From Escherichia phage vB_EcoP_PE007, in the sequence record OQ938542.1: DNA of 64,000 nucleotides. One strand, 5' to 3'. The position numbers and the translations under genes are program-made. Numbering within the stretch: the stretch's first letter is position 1; the number at the start of each line of letters is the position of its first letter. The notes beneath the pieces were generated by a model that worked only from the letters and a program-made list of their open reading frames with translations, searched no databases and was not told where the DNA came from. This document shows positions 28,185-39,368 of this stretch, one piece after another.

Positions 28185-28192
28185 GAAACTAT

Positions 28193-28486
28193 ATGGAACT
28201 CTTTAAGAAAGGGCAGCTTATACCTAAGCGTATTGGTGGATTGCATGTTCATCGTAAAACAAGACACCGTTTAACCTTTGGTTGTGATGTACAAATTGAC
28301 GGTAACAATTGGATTGCTGTGCCAGATACTGGAAATTCAATGGTTCATTGTAAGAAGTTAGGTATTCGCAGAAACAACGGTACTTACCAAAAGGTACATG
28401 CTGATTTTGTAGATATTTACTTTAATGCCAACAAGATTGATTATGTAATCAAAACTGACCGAAAAGCTCTTGTAGTTAAGAAATAA
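28193..28486 (+). CDS. hypothetical basic protein
   Basis: ATG 28193 with aggaaa RBS; followed by hairpin terminator 28493-28517. Confidence 0.45.
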   Translation: MELFKKGQLIPKRIGGLHVHRKTRHRLTFGCDVQIDGNNWIAVPDTGNSMVHCKKLGIRRNNGTYQKVHADFVDIYFNANKIDYVIKTDRKALVVKK

Positions 28487-28492
28487 AATAGA

Positions 28493-28517
28493 AGCCCCTC
28501 ATTAGAGGGGCTTTTTC
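28493..28517. terminator. bidirectional terminator between convergent genes
   Basis: agcccctc-atta-gaggggct with T-rich flanks on both strands; lies between the + strand gene ending 28486 and the vRNAP stop at 28520. Confidence 0.65.
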
Positions 28518-28519
28518 AT

Positions 28520-31500
28520 TTAGTTAGTAAGATTGAGCCACGGGTTCAGGGTATGAGCACGTAAGCCTTGACCGAAACCGAAGGAGTAACCAAGATTGCC
28601 CTGTGCAGCAATACTAAAGATGTTGTCCTGAATAGGCAGACCAACGTTACCAAACATGGTAGGGGTTGGAGCCAACATAGCTATAGCAGCATGCACCGGG
28701 TTATTACGAATCATGGACACTGCAACTTTTGCAGAACGAATCTTAAAGTTATAGAACCACATTAAACCAACACTTTCCATATACCCACGGAAGCGACCCG
28801 GTAGACGGTCATAGTTAATAAACTCTTCCGTTACACGTCCTAGTGCTTCTTCACGGGTCTTACCTTTACGCTGAGTCAGTTCATCATAAATGATTGCTTT
28901 AGCGATAAAGTCAGAGTACTCAACCGTCTTCTGGATACCCTGGAACAGAGCAGTATCCTTAGTGATAAGTGCATAACGACCTGCGTTACGTACAGACTTA
29001 GGCAGCTTATCAGCCAGCTTATCCATGTATTCGTGAAGTTTGCCTTCAGTAATAAGGATATCATCACGACCAATACCAGCATCTGCAATTGAGGAGAACT
29101 CACCAGCTTCCAGCAGAGGCCAGATACTCAAACGTTTATGGCTATCAGAGATGGACTGAATCTCAGCCTTAAGTTTACGAATCTGGTTCGGGTTAGTAGC
29201 TGCACGTAATTCTGCTTCTGCATCTACCTGACGCAGACGAGATTTCAGGTACTGGTTAATCTCAGCAGTCTTCTGTGGAATGCTCTTAGCAATGTTCTTA
29301 ACCGGTACACCACGAGCAATCATCTGATAAAGGTTAGCCAGGAAGTTAACAGCAGGTACGACTACTGACTTAACCACAATCAGAGTCTTAGCTTCTTTAA
29401 CTAAGTTCTGAACCAGGTTCTCACCACCCATTACATACTTATAGGCACGGTTGCCAAAGACACCCAGCATAGCTTTCTTGAAGGTATCCAGTGTTTCTGG
29501 TGACCAACGGGAATTACCAGACCAGGCATCACCTACAGAAGCTGCACGATAACCCAGAGCATCGTTGAGCATGTCACGACGTACCCATAATTCACCCGGA
29601 CCAAACAAACTTTCTGCTTTCTGACGGGTTTCACTGTTCATCAGCTTAAGTGCATCGGCAGTTACTGGGTCCAGTTTAGAACCAAGAAGGTTAACGTACT
29701 GGGACTTATTAGAAGCAGACATCTTAATGTCGTTCTCATACATGCTATGCAGGTTCTCAATCAGCATATCATTGAAACGCTGAGCCTTAGCTTCTTCCAC
29801 CTGACGACCACGCCATACACCGATTGCACGAGCAAGATGGTTCTCACCTTCAATGTGCTTCAGCATATTAGGGTCAATGGATTGCTCATAAGCAACCACA
29901 TTACCATTGGCATCATATACAGGCAGCAGTGGTTCATTACCACGTTCACCACGAGCCAGTGCTTTAGTGATACGGTCTACGGAAGGCTTGTCAGTGATAC
30001 GACCAGCTACCATGGTTCCCATAGTAAAGCCCGTACCGAGATCTACACCACCAGCAGTATTACGAACGTTCTGTAAGATACCTTGCGAGAAAGGAGCCTG
30101 TGCCTGTACTGGTGCAAAGTAGTAGCTACGTGCTGGTCCACGATTAGCAGAGCTACCCTGATAAGTACCAAGACGTACATAGGATTTCTCAATCAAATCA
30201 GCAAACTGACTATCTTCAGCAACAATCAGGTTAACACCCTGTTTGTTCTCAGTTGGGATGTATCCTTTGTACTGATTCAGGGTTGCACGAGTATCAGACT
30301 TAGCTTTAGCCATTTCATCTTTACGCTGACCAACCAGGTAAGAAGTAGCAAAGTCCATGCCTTCAATTTCTGTCTGAGCCAGTGAAGATAACATCTCACG
30401 GTCAGTCTTATTCATTGCTTCCAGTGCATACAAAGTAATCAGTTTATCCAACTGAGCTACATCTACAACAGAACGTGTAGTCTTACGTTCACCCAGTAAA
30501 CGAGAAATTGCAGTAGCATTACGTAGCAGGTTGTTACCAACCGTACCATTAATCATGTATTGAGCCAGTTGCTTAGATTTACGATTAATCAGAGGCCAGT
30601 TACGTCCTGCTTGTTTCTGTAAATCTGCTTCCAGTTTATTAACCTCACGGTCAACAATCTTCTGGTCAGTCAGCAGGTCACGGATTTCAGCCAGAGACAT
30701 AGTGTCGCGAAGAACAGCTAAGTCAGTTTTACCCATACCAGTATGCATTGCTTTCCACTCATCGTTAGTCAGCTTACGGCTGAACTTAGATGCGATAGTA
30801 GTAGGCAAATGCTCACGGAACTGCTGACGGTCAGCCTGTACCTGTGCACGTACTGCTTTAATCAAATCATATACAGAAGCATTGCTCTTAGTACGACCAG
30901 TTAAGTCATTAACCAGGTCATGGAAAGGTTGCCATACTTTACCCTGGTTCATTGCAGCCATAACACCTTCAGCTACGATTGCACCATTCTTCTCTGTAGC
31001 AATAGCAGCTATCAATTGTGCAGCATGAGCAGCACCTTTAACCAGTGGGTTCTTGGTATTAGCTGCAACTTCACGAGCACCTTCCAAAGCACGGGTAGAC
31101 AGTACATCAATAGAGTCCACCAGATACTGGTTAGCACGGTCAATAGCATTACCGGTAGGAGTAGCAACGGAATCATAGAAGGACTCTGCATTAAGACTGG
31201 TCTGCATAATTGTCTGAGCCAGTGCATCCATACCTTCCTGTACGTTAGTGGCTTTAGTATCACCTGCTACACGAGCATTCAGGCTAGCCATTGCAGCAGT
31301 ACCGATGTTAGTCAGCATTGCATCAACGGTATTGCCTGATTTCTTATCTGCTTTCATAACAGGAATATCAGCCAGTACCTTACGTACCTCTTCGCTTACC
31401 ATTGCCAGACCAACAAAGGTAGGCAGTAAGGAAGAACGACCTTGTGCATCAAATTCAATGTTGTTAGCACCCATGATGGTATCGAACTTCTGCTGTGCAT

Positions 31501-34500
31501 AGTAACGGTCAGCAGGGTTAGTACTATCCGGGTCAGCCATGAATGATTCGACGGTCAGATTCTTAGTAACATGCGTGTAGTATTCCTGTGCACGAGCCAT
31601 AGCAGCAGGGTTAATAGCAGCCTCGGTAGCCAGTGCAGCAACAATGTTAGTAAAGAGACGCTGTTCCTGCATATTCATGGTGAAGCCATGTGCCTGAACA
31701 TCACGAGTTACTTTAGTTGCATTTACTACTGCATCAGAGAACTTACCTTTACGAATTACTTGCTGTACTGGTTCTGAACCAATGTAGTTAGTAATCAGCT
31801 TATCGAAGGTTTTCCCTAGCTCTTCCAGACGAGTATTGTCACCGTATGCTTTGTTATGGAACAAGGTAGTATCTTTAGCTACAGCAGTAGTAGGGGCCTG
31901 CCCACGCATTACTACAGCAGAGTTAAACAGTAAGCCAGAGAACATATCATCTGCATTAGCAGGAGCTTTCTTACGTCCGAATACCAGACGTTTGATTGCT
32001 TCATATACAGCCTGAACCATAGTTTTAAGTGCAGTGGTTTTCTTCTGCTTACTTATAAGTTCACGGTTGGTTAAACCCCAAGCCATGTACTCATTCAGTG
32101 CAGCAGCTTTAGCCATCGCTGGTTCAATAAAGCCATTAGACAAGTGACCATTAATGGTATTCAGTGCATTAGCATATGCTTCACGTACTGCCGGAGATTC
32201 ATCCTTAACATCCAGAGCACGGAACTGATTCATCAGGTCTTCAATATTCTGTACTGCTTCATTAGGAGTACCTTCATAGTGAGCCAGTACAGATTCAAAA
32301 GTAGAAGCATGTACTAATTCATGAACCAGAGTCTCTAAGGAAGGAGTAACTAAGTAGATGGTTTTATCTTCAAAGTTAGTCCAGCCATATGCATTACCAG
32401 CCTCAGCAGCTTCAATATCTTCTGGTGCTGGGCGAGTAATATTCTTCTCAATAGCGTAGGCATCCAGTTGAGAAGGCGTACCGTAAACAACCTTATAGTC
32501 TTTAGCAGCAAGAGATTTCTGTATTTCTTTCAGTACTGCTTGTTGTTCAGGGGACATCTCTTTAGCCAGTTTAGTAATGGCAGCATTAGACAGCAGACGT
32601 ACACCAGACTTCAGTACACGACCGACCTGTTCCATTGCTGGCACTTCTTTCACTGGTTCTGCTTTAGCAGCACGTACTGCATCACGACGCTTGTTTAATT
32701 CAGCATCAAACAGTTCGTTCAGCTTAGCTACTTGCTGGTCTACAGTCAGACCTTCCAGAGAGATTTTACCGTTGTTCACATAAGGAGCACCAACAGCAGC
32801 CATCTGGTCAACAGTGACTTGTACCTGGTCCATTACCTTGTGGCGAATATCTACACCCAGAGCAATATTACGCAGATTACGTTCAATCTGTTCAGCACCA
32901 ACACGTAACAGGTCATCAGTAGCACCCTCACGTTGGTCGTATTCCAGTGCAGATTTAGCGATAGCTTGTTTGGTTTCATCAGACAGTTTGCTGAAGTCTA
33001 CGTTCTTCATGAACTTAGCAAAGGAGTCATAAACATTCTTGATAGGGTTACCCTGCCAGGAAGTATATACAGCCTCATTAGCTTTACGGCTTGCATCAGT
33101 AATGTCATTAATACCAATGTTCATACCATCAAAGATTTTCAGGGTATTCTTCGGAGCACCTTTCATAGTAGAAAGGGTCTGCATCATCATGCCATCACCT
33201 GTACCGATGGTCATAAATGGAATACCTGCTACACCTGCCTGTGAAGGAGCATAGATGATCATTGGCACACGCATACGGTCATCTAAGTTGGTAGCCAATA
33301 CTTGGTTAGCAACATCAGTATTCTCACTACCAGCAATGTAGAAAGTCTGTGAACCAGTCTCAATCATTGGAGCCAGTGGAGACAATGAAGCCTGGATTTC
33401 ATTCAGTTCTTTCTGTGTTAAGAAATCACCTTTCTTCCATGTTGGGTCTTTTTCTTTTTCTGCCAGCTTAGCCTGTACAGCTTGTTGGAACATATCCTGC
33501 AATACCAGAGATTGAATCTGAGTAGCCTTCTGTAAGTTCTCAGTAGAATACATCAGACCCTCACCAACAGTATTTCGGATACCAGTACGCATTGGTTCAA
33601 CGAACAGATGAAGCATGTTCTCTTGTAAGTTCTTCAGAGCATTACCGGATACAGTAAACTTCTGAGGGTCTAACTTACCAGTCAGAGCACCATCTACCTG
33701 CTGAATAGACAACTCACCTTTACGCATAACCGGAACATTACCAGTTAGTGCTTCCATAGAAGTAAGGAAAGTATCCAGCATAGCCTGAGCATCAGCCTCA
33801 GACGCAGCCTCCTTACCAAACATAGCCATAGCTGGGGAAATGCTAGGGTCAGCAGCACGGGCTTGTAGAACGTCACTGAAGCGTTCGTAGATGGTATCAG
33901 TAATTGCACTAACCATCTTGCCAGCAATACCACGAGCACCAGAACCATAGATGGTAATGGTCAGTGGGTTTTTAGCGATACCACGTTTCAGGTCCAGAGT
34001 ACCATCTTCATTAAGATTGAAGTCTTTAATGAACAGGTCCATTAACTTCTGAAGATGCTTCATCTGGTTCGTAACAGGAACGTTGTTACGGTAAGTATTG
34101 CGTAATTCATTCAGTGCCTGTTGCAGACTATTAGTAGATGCTTCATACAGGTCAACACTGTCATCATGCGAATGATGCTCGTTCATAGTCTTGCCAGCTT
34201 TACCGAAGAACAAGCCACCCTTAGCAGTATTCTTAATCCAGTCTGAAGTGAACTTACCACCAGTCATTAATACCATTGCGTTGATTGGTCCGTTGGTTAC
34301 ACCATCGGCTTCAACGTACAGTGGGGTATTAAAGTTAGCACGGTCATCACTGTTAAGGTAACGGGCATATTCCATAAGAGCCATGAGAGCTACGAATGAT
34401 TTATCATTCCCCAAGGAAGTCTTCAGAATATCCACTGCATTAGCAGGTAAGTGACCAGACTTATCAAACTCAACCATCATATCAACAGCAGGTTTCAGTT

Positions 34501-37500
34501 TACCTTCCAGAGCTTTAGTCAGCTCATCTGACATAACTTCACGGGACATTTTATGAACTTTAATGCCTAATGCCTGAGCCAGTCCAAGCTGGAAGTCAGA
34601 GAACGTTTGACTGTTTTCATTACTTAAGTCGATGGTAGAGAAGGTTGGAAGGATTGCTTCACGAACCAGCTTACTGGATTGTGGGTTGTTCTTACCAAGC
34701 ATCTGCATACGACCTACACGGGTCATGTTGTAGCCGTAGTGAATAGGTGTATCCAGTCCATTCTCCTGTTCCTTAATTTGATTGATTACACCAAACAAAG
34801 AATCATATGCCATGGACACGGACAGGTTCTTACCTTCCAGTGATTTAGCAGTATTCACATTAAGCAACTCTGGGGTAAGAGCACCAGCACCCATTAATTC
34901 CAGAATGTTGTCACGACCCAATGCTTCATAGAAGTTAACCATAGGCATATGTACACGAAACTCAGTAGCTTGTTCTGCTTTGAGAGCAGCTTTCTGTTCC
35001 GGGGTATTATTAACAGCAGGGTTACGTAACTGAGTTTGAGCCACGGAAGGAATGTCATCACCCAGATACAATTTCTCTACTGGTTCTAAAAGGACAGTTT
35101 CCTCAATAGCAGTAGGGAATTTATTAATGGCATCGTTATCATCCAGCTTCTCAATGGTATACAGACCAACAGTCTTATTAGATTCTGGGTCAATCTCAGA
35201 CACATCTAACATGGACTCTTTAACTTCACCCATCTCAATAAGGGAAGACAGAATCTCTGTAGCCATTGCCATTGGGATACCCTTGGTATACCCCAAAGGT
35301 GCATTAGGATTACGATTCAAACCCCAATAGGATTCAATCTTTTGAGCTAGTGAGTTAGTAGCTTCAACCAGGGTCTGAGCATTCTCGAAGTCAGCCAGAA
35401 TACCTTCTGGTAGCAGAGATGCTTCCACACCAGTAATAGCAGCTACGTCTTTCATGTCTTTAACAGCAGCATTCTGTGTAGCAGTCAATCGCCATTGCAG
35501 ACCAGCAAGTACAGCAGTTTCTAATAGCTGGTCATTGAACTTAAAGGTGTCACCATCTTTCTCTACGATGTTAAGTAACTTACCACCTACCCAACGGTTA
35601 GCCTCAGTACCTTCCGCAAAACGTTTACCAACGTTCTTGTTAGCAAGGAACTTAGCCAGACGGTCAGACAGAGTAGTCTTCAGAGTTTCACCAAACTCAA
35701 ATAAGTCCTGGTAACGCTTAATCACATCACTTGTGAGAGCGTTATTTTCTTTTTGAGTAAATGCTTCAAAGCGAGCAGCAGAAGACAGTGCTTTCTTAAC
35801 ATCAGTCAAAGGAGACTCAGAGCCAATGGTACGAGACTTAGGTTCTTCTGGAAGACTAAATGCTTTAAGGAACTGGTTCGGTGTCTTGTCATTGTTGTAG
35901 ACAGGGAACACTGTTTCCATTTGAGATAAAGGTTTACCACCAACGGTATAGTCTGCTTTCAACTGAGCCAGTGATACTTCTTCCTTCTCTACATTATTGG
36001 TATTACGCCCAGACGTATCTACACCAATCTGAATCAGTGCATTGTTTGCTTCTACGAATGATTGAACAGTATTGAATTGTTCAGGAGTCAGCTTCTGATT
36101 ATCAAACAGTTGTAATGATACAAATGGTTGCTCACTTCCTTTGTAGAAAGTGGAGCGTACAGCACCAGTATCCAGAGACATATCACGGTAACCATCATGA
36201 CCAAATACATCAGACAGACTGATATGGTCACCATTGGAACCAACAACAGTACCATCATCAAAGAGCCAAGGACTCTCCTTACGGTCACCATACTTATTAA
36301 GAGTATCCTGTGAAATAGTATTCTCTTTCACATAAGAATCTCTTTCAGATTCAGTAGGCTGTTCAACGGTATCCTGTTTTTCAGATTGGTTCTCAGGTTC
36401 TTTTACAGTCTGTGGTTTAGACTCTTTAATAGTAGGTTCTGTTTTAACAGCTTCACTAACAGAGGGTTTAGTCTGTACAGTAGGGGTAACTGGTTCCTGT
36501 TTTGTAACAGGAGTTTCATCAACCTGATTCACTGGTTCATTGGTCTGTTGGGATTGAGCAGCATCAAGATTGCCCTGACGGAACTCTTTAACTACCTGGG
36601 CGGCAGGCTTGTCCAAACGTGAATCCAATGGGGTAACTTTCACATGAGAAACATTAAGCTCCGGGTAAGCCGTAGCAAGTGCGTTAGCAATATCAGCTAC
36701 GGTCTTGGCTTCCAGTCCTACTTGCTGGGCAAACTTAACAGACTTGGTATCATACGGATTGACACCGAGGCCAGTACGACTACGTACCCATTCACGCGAG
36801 GGAGTAAGAGCCTGATAATGGACAGACTTATTCTTATCCGCATTCCCAGAAATCAAATGCTCATTCAACGCTCCGACCTTATTCTGCATGTGCTGGGCGA
36901 ACTTCATAAAATCGCTCAGATAAGCGGAGGCCAAATCGAAGTTACCAGAGTTATACGCAGAACGAATGCGTTTCGCATGTTGCAACGCAGAGTACTGTCC
37001 TTCATTAGAACGAGACTCATCGGTTTTAATCTGTTTACTAACAATATCTTGAGGACGTAAGCCTAGTTCTTCTGCTTTAGCGTCGAACTCTCGTGCACCC
37101 TGTAATAAGGCAGCAGCAGATTGCAGGGCAGCACGTTGACGATTCCCCAGTGTAATCTTACCTTCACTTGCATGTTTCAGAACCATGTTCACTGAATCTG
37201 CATCCAGCACTTCTGGAGATACATCAGCAGCCATAGCAATGTTGTTTGCTTGGGCTTGGTTAGCTTCTTCAGTAGCTTTCAGTTTACCTGCTTCAGCCTG
37301 TTCCTGAATCATGGAATGGATGGCACGGAATGCACGAAGTACCTTCGGTGTATTCTGAACGTTAGCCATCAGGCCGGAGAATTGGTCTACGATTGCAGCA
37401 GCAGGGGAACCTTGTTCCAGATTAGCCAAAGCACCCGGGTCACGGTTAATGAAGCTATCCATAGACATGATATTGTCATACATCTGGATTGCAGCTTCCA

Positions 37501-39274
37501 TTTGAACGTTAGGGTCTTCGGCAGTATTAACCAAGTCAGCCATCTTCTGAATAGCTTCTACACGGTTAGTGGAACCAGAAACAGCTTCACGGATTGCTGG
37601 GTTAGTTTGTTCCAATTCTACCGGGTCAAACTTCATTGCCTGAGTTAAGTCAGCAGCATACTGGGTAGCAGCAGCTTTCTCTTCTGGAGAAATATCCATT
37701 GCATCCACTGCTTCCTGAACAGTTGCTTGAGCTTGTTCTGCCTGAGCAGTAGCTTCTTGTGCAGCAGCGTTAACCGTAGCATCAGATACGGGGGATGCTT
37801 GTTCATTACGCTTAGCAACTTCTTCCCCACGTTGAACCAGGATGTTAGTAATAGGTGAAGCTACTTTTGCTAGTGCCTTACCAGCCAAAGAAGCACCAGC
37901 CAGGGTAGTACGTACAGCAGGACCAACGGCAGCACCAGCAGCCTTAACAGTTGCACCAGGAGCTTGAGCAACTCCAGCAGAACCGAAGCCATACAATGCA
38001 CCCAGACCAGTTTGTTCACCCACACCTTTAAGCAAATCACGCTCAGCATCTACATTGCCATGAATTGCCTTGTTTTGTGCAAACTGACTTGTACCAGACT
38101 GGATACCTTCTTCTACAGTCTCACGCAGCATGTTAGAACCAGCACCAGCCAGTGAACCTACCTTAAGTGGGTTAAGTTCAAACTTGGATACCAGTGGAGC
38201 AGTAAGAGCAGCAACTGGAGCAGTTAAGCCAGCAGCAGTGATACCTGTTTCAGATGCAGTCTGGCGACGTGCTTCTTCAGGAGACAGACCGTCTTTAATA
38301 TGCTGTTGGTATACAGGAGATTTAGCAGCCAGTTCACTGAATGGCATTTCCATAATTTCATTAGCAGTCTGTTGGTATGCACCACCAGCTTCCATACCAC
38401 CAATTGCTATAGCAGGTGCAGCAACACGACCAGCAGTCTGTGCAATACGTGCAGGACGATAACCTAATTCAGCAGCTAGGGTAATACCCTTAACAGCTTT
38501 ATCACCACCTACCATTACTTTACCAAGTGCAGATACACCACGGATAAGTGGACCACCTGTAAAGAGGGAACCAACACCTTCACTCAGTCCGTCAGAAGCA
38601 GCCATACCATTATCAAGTGTGTTAGCAACAGAATCAAAAGCGTCACGACCAATACGAGACAAGGAGGCAACCAAATCGCTCCCCCCATTTTTGATATCTT
38701 GTTCATAGAGCTTCTGGTTCTTCCGTGCAGAAATCTGGTTCTGATTCTGAACAACTTTACGTGTAGCATTCAGTGCATCAGACTGTAGATTGTGTACACC
38801 CTCATTCAACCAATCCATCCCGGAAGCAATGGTTGCCCCGGCATTATTATTGACCAAACCTGCGCCAAGAGCAGCAATGCCCCCAAGGGTATTAGCAACA
38901 CCAAGACCAACACCAGAAAGAGTATCGCCAAATGCTTCTGCGTTAGTACGTTGTTTAGATAAGTCCTGACGTACAACATCAGCAGCATTAGCTCGGCTAT
39001 TAAGAATCTGTAAACCTTGCTCATTACCGTACTTATTAATGATTTCTAATGGGGAGGCTTGAGTGAAATCTGCCTGAAGTGAACCTGGTTCGAATGCACC
39101 GATTCCAAGATTACCTACTCGTCCAGTCTGGAGATTGTAAGCATTCTCTGGGGTTAATTGGAAAGGGCTTTGCCCTTGTGCAGCTTGCTTCTGAGAGGTT
39201 GCAGTAGAGACATCGACTTGCTTAGCATTAGTGATGCTGTCTGCGAAACCTGCCAGACGGTCAAATGTTGACAT
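28520..39274 (-). CDS. virion-encapsidated RNA polymerase (vRNAP, N4 gp50-like)
   Basis: Single uninterrupted ~3584-aa ORF, a size characteristic of N4-like vRNAP; ATG at 39274 with aggaaa RBS (track start 39292 is TTG). Confidence 0.85.
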   Translation of the reverse strand: MSTFDRLAGFADSITNAKQVDVSTATSQKQAAQGQSPFQLTPENAYNLQTGRVGNLGIGAFEPGSLQADFTQASPLEIINKYGNEQGLQILNSRANAADVVRQDLSKQRTNAEAFGDTLSGVGLGVANTLGGIAALGAGLVNNNAGATIASGMDWLNEGVHNLQSDALNATRKVVQNQNQISARKNQKLYEQDIKNGGSDLVASLSRIGRDAFDSVANTLDNGMAASDGLSEGVGSLFTGGPLIRGVSALGKVMVGGDKAVKGITLAAELGYRPARIAQTAGRVAAPAIAIGGMEAGGAYQQTANEIMEMPFSELAAKSPVYQQHIKDGLSPEEARRQTASETGITAAGLTAPVAALTAPLVSKFELNPLKVGSLAGAGSNMLRETVEEGIQSGTSQFAQNKAIHGNVDAERDLLKGVGEQTGLGALYGFGSAGVAQAPGATVKAAGAAVGPAVRTTLAGASLAGKALAKVASPITNILVQRGEEVAKRNEQASPVSDATVNAAAQEATAQAEQAQATVQEAVDAMDISPEEKAAATQYAADLTQAMKFDPVELEQTNPAIREAVSGSTNRVEAIQKMADLVNTAEDPNVQMEAAIQMYDNIMSMDSFINRDPGALANLEQGSPAAAIVDQFSGLMANVQNTPKVLRAFRAIHSMIQEQAEAGKLKATEEANQAQANNIAMAADVSPEVLDADSVNMVLKHASEGKITLGNRQRAALQSAAALLQGAREFDAKAEELGLRPQDIVSKQIKTDESRSNEGQYSALQHAKRIRSAYNSGNFDLASAYLSDFMKFAQHMQNKVGALNEHLISGNADKNKSVHYQALTPSREWVRSRTGLGVNPYDTKSVKFAQQVGLEAKTVADIANALATAYPELNVSHVKVTPLDSRLDKPAAQVVKEFRQGNLDAAQSQQTNEPVNQVDETPVTKQEPVTPTVQTKPSVSEAVKTEPTIKESKPQTVKEPENQSEKQDTVEQPTESERDSYVKENTISQDTLNKYGDRKESPWLFDDGTVVGSNGDHISLSDVFGHDGYRDMSLDTGAVRSTFYKGSEQPFVSLQLFDNQKLTPEQFNTVQSFVEANNALIQIGVDTSGRNTNNVEKEEVSLAQLKADYTVGGKPLSQMETVFPVYNNDKTPNQFLKAFSLPEEPKSRTIGSESPLTDVKKALSSAARFEAFTQKENNALTSDVIKRYQDLFEFGETLKTTLSDRLAKFLANKNVGKRFAEGTEANRWVGGKLLNIVEKDGDTFKFNDQLLETAVLAGLQWRLTATQNAAVKDMKDVAAITGVEASLLPEGILADFENAQTLVEATNSLAQKIESYWGLNRNPNAPLGYTKGIPMAMATEILSSLIEMGEVKESMLDVSEIDPESNKTVGLYTIEKLDDNDAINKFPTAIEETVLLEPVEKLYLGDDIPSVAQTQLRNPAVNNTPEQKAALKAEQATEFRVHMPMVNFYEALGRDNILELMGAGALTPELLNVNTAKSLEGKNLSVSMAYDSLFGVINQIKEQENGLDTPIHYGYNMTRVGRMQMLGKNNPQSSKLVREAILPTFSTIDLSNENSQTFSDFQLGLAQALGIKVHKMSREVMSDELTKALEGKLKPAVDMMVEFDKSGHLPANAVDILKTSLGNDKSFVALMALMEYARYLNSDDRANFNTPLYVEADGVTNGPINAMVLMTGGKFTSDWIKNTAKGGLFFGKAGKTMNEHHSHDDSVDLYEASTNSLQQALNELRNTYRNNVPVTNQMKHLQKLMDLFIKDFNLNEDGTLDLKRGIAKNPLTITIYGSGARGIAGKMVSAITDTIYERFSDVLQARAADPSISPAMAMFGKEAASEADAQAMLDTFLTSMEALTGNVPVMRKGELSIQQVDGALTGKLDPQKFTVSGNALKNLQENMLHLFVEPMRTGIRNTVGEGLMYSTENLQKATQIQSLVLQDMFQQAVQAKLAEKEKDPTWKKGDFLTQKELNEIQASLSPLAPMIETGSQTFYIAGSENTDVANQVLATNLDDRMRVPMIIYAPSQAGVAGIPFMTIGTGDGMMMQTLSTMKGAPKNTLKIFDGMNIGINDITDASRKANEAVYTSWQGNPIKNVYDSFAKFMKNVDFSKLSDETKQAIAKSALEYDQREGATDDLLRVGAEQIERNLRNIALGVDIRHKVMDQVQVTVDQMAAVGAPYVNNGKISLEGLTVDQQVAKLNELFDAELNKRRDAVRAAKAEPVKEVPAMEQVGRVLKSGVRLLSNAAITKLAKEMSPEQQAVLKEIQKSLAAKDYKVVYGTPSQLDAYAIEKNITRPAPEDIEAAEAGNAYGWTNFEDKTIYLVTPSLETLVHELVHASTFESVLAHYEGTPNEAVQNIEDLMNQFRALDVKDESPAVREAYANALNTINGHLSNGFIEPAMAKAAALNEYMAWGLTNRELISKQKKTTALKTMVQAVYEAIKRLVFGRKKAPANADDMFSGLLFNSAVVMRGQAPTTAVAKDTTLFHNKAYGDNTRLEELGKTFDKLITNYIGSEPVQQVIRKGKFSDAVVNATKVTRDVQAHGFTMNMQEQRLFTNIVAALATEAAINPAAMARAQEYYTHVTKNLTVESFMADPDSTNPADRYYAQQKFDTIMGANNIEFDAQGRSSLLPTFVGLAMVSEEVRKVLADIPVMKADKKSGNTVDAMLTNIGTAAMASLNARVAGDTKATNVQEGMDALAQTIMQTSLNAESFYDSVATPTGNAIDRANQYLVDSIDVLSTRALEGAREVAANTKNPLVKGAAHAAQLIAAIATEKNGAIVAEGVMAAMNQGKVWQPFHDLVNDLTGRTKSNASVYDLIKAVRAQVQADRQQFREHLPTTIASKFSRKLTNDEWKAMHTGMGKTDLAVLRDTMSLAEIRDLLTDQKIVDREVNKLEADLQKQAGRNWPLINRKSKQLAQYMINGTVGNNLLRNATAISRLLGERKTTRSVVDVAQLDKLITLYALEAMNKTDREMLSSLAQTEIEGMDFATSYLVGQRKDEMAKAKSDTRATLNQYKGYIPTENKQGVNLIVAEDSQFADLIEKSYVRLGTYQGSSANRGPARSYYFAPVQAQAPFSQGILQNVRNTAGGVDLGTGFTMGTMVAGRITDKPSVDRITKALARGERGNEPLLPVYDANGNVVAYEQSIDPNMLKHIEGENHLARAIGVWRGRQVEEAKAQRFNDMLIENLHSMYENDIKMSASNKSQYVNLLGSKLDPVTADALKLMNSETRQKAESLFGPGELWVRRDMLNDALGYRAASVGDAWSGNSRWSPETLDTFKKAMLGVFGNRAYKYVMGGENLVQNLVKEAKTLIVVKSVVVPAVNFLANLYQMIARGVPVKNIAKSIPQKTAEINQYLKSRLRQVDAEAELRAATNPNQIRKLKAEIQSISDSHKRLSIWPLLEAGEFSSIADAGIGRDDILITEGKLHEYMDKLADKLPKSVRNAGRYALITKDTALFQGIQKTVEYSDFIAKAIIYDELTQRKGKTREEALGRVTEEFINYDRLPGRFRGYMESVGLMWFYNFKIRSAKVAVSMIRNNPVHAAIAMLAPTPTMFGNVGLPIQDNIFSIAAQGNLGYSFGFGQGLRAHTLNPWLNLTN

Positions 39275-39344
39275 AGCATGTTTCCTGTTCAAACTTATAT
39301 CGTATATAGGTAACTTACTCTACAGTAAGCCAGTTAAAGAAAAA

Positions 39345-39358
39345 AGCCCCGTAGGGCT
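39345..39358 (-). terminator. terminator/attenuator upstream of vRNAP
   Basis: agccc-cgta-gggct; on the minus strand followed by a T-run (complement of aaagaaaaa). Confidence 0.5.
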
Positions 39359-39368
39359 TTTATTAGTA

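Noticed and set aside
28568-38462. Numerous 60-140-aa ORFs on the + strand inside the vRNAP gene
   Set aside because: They are wholly nested antisense to a long, uninterrupted coding frame and have low-complexity compositions typical of shadow ORFs.
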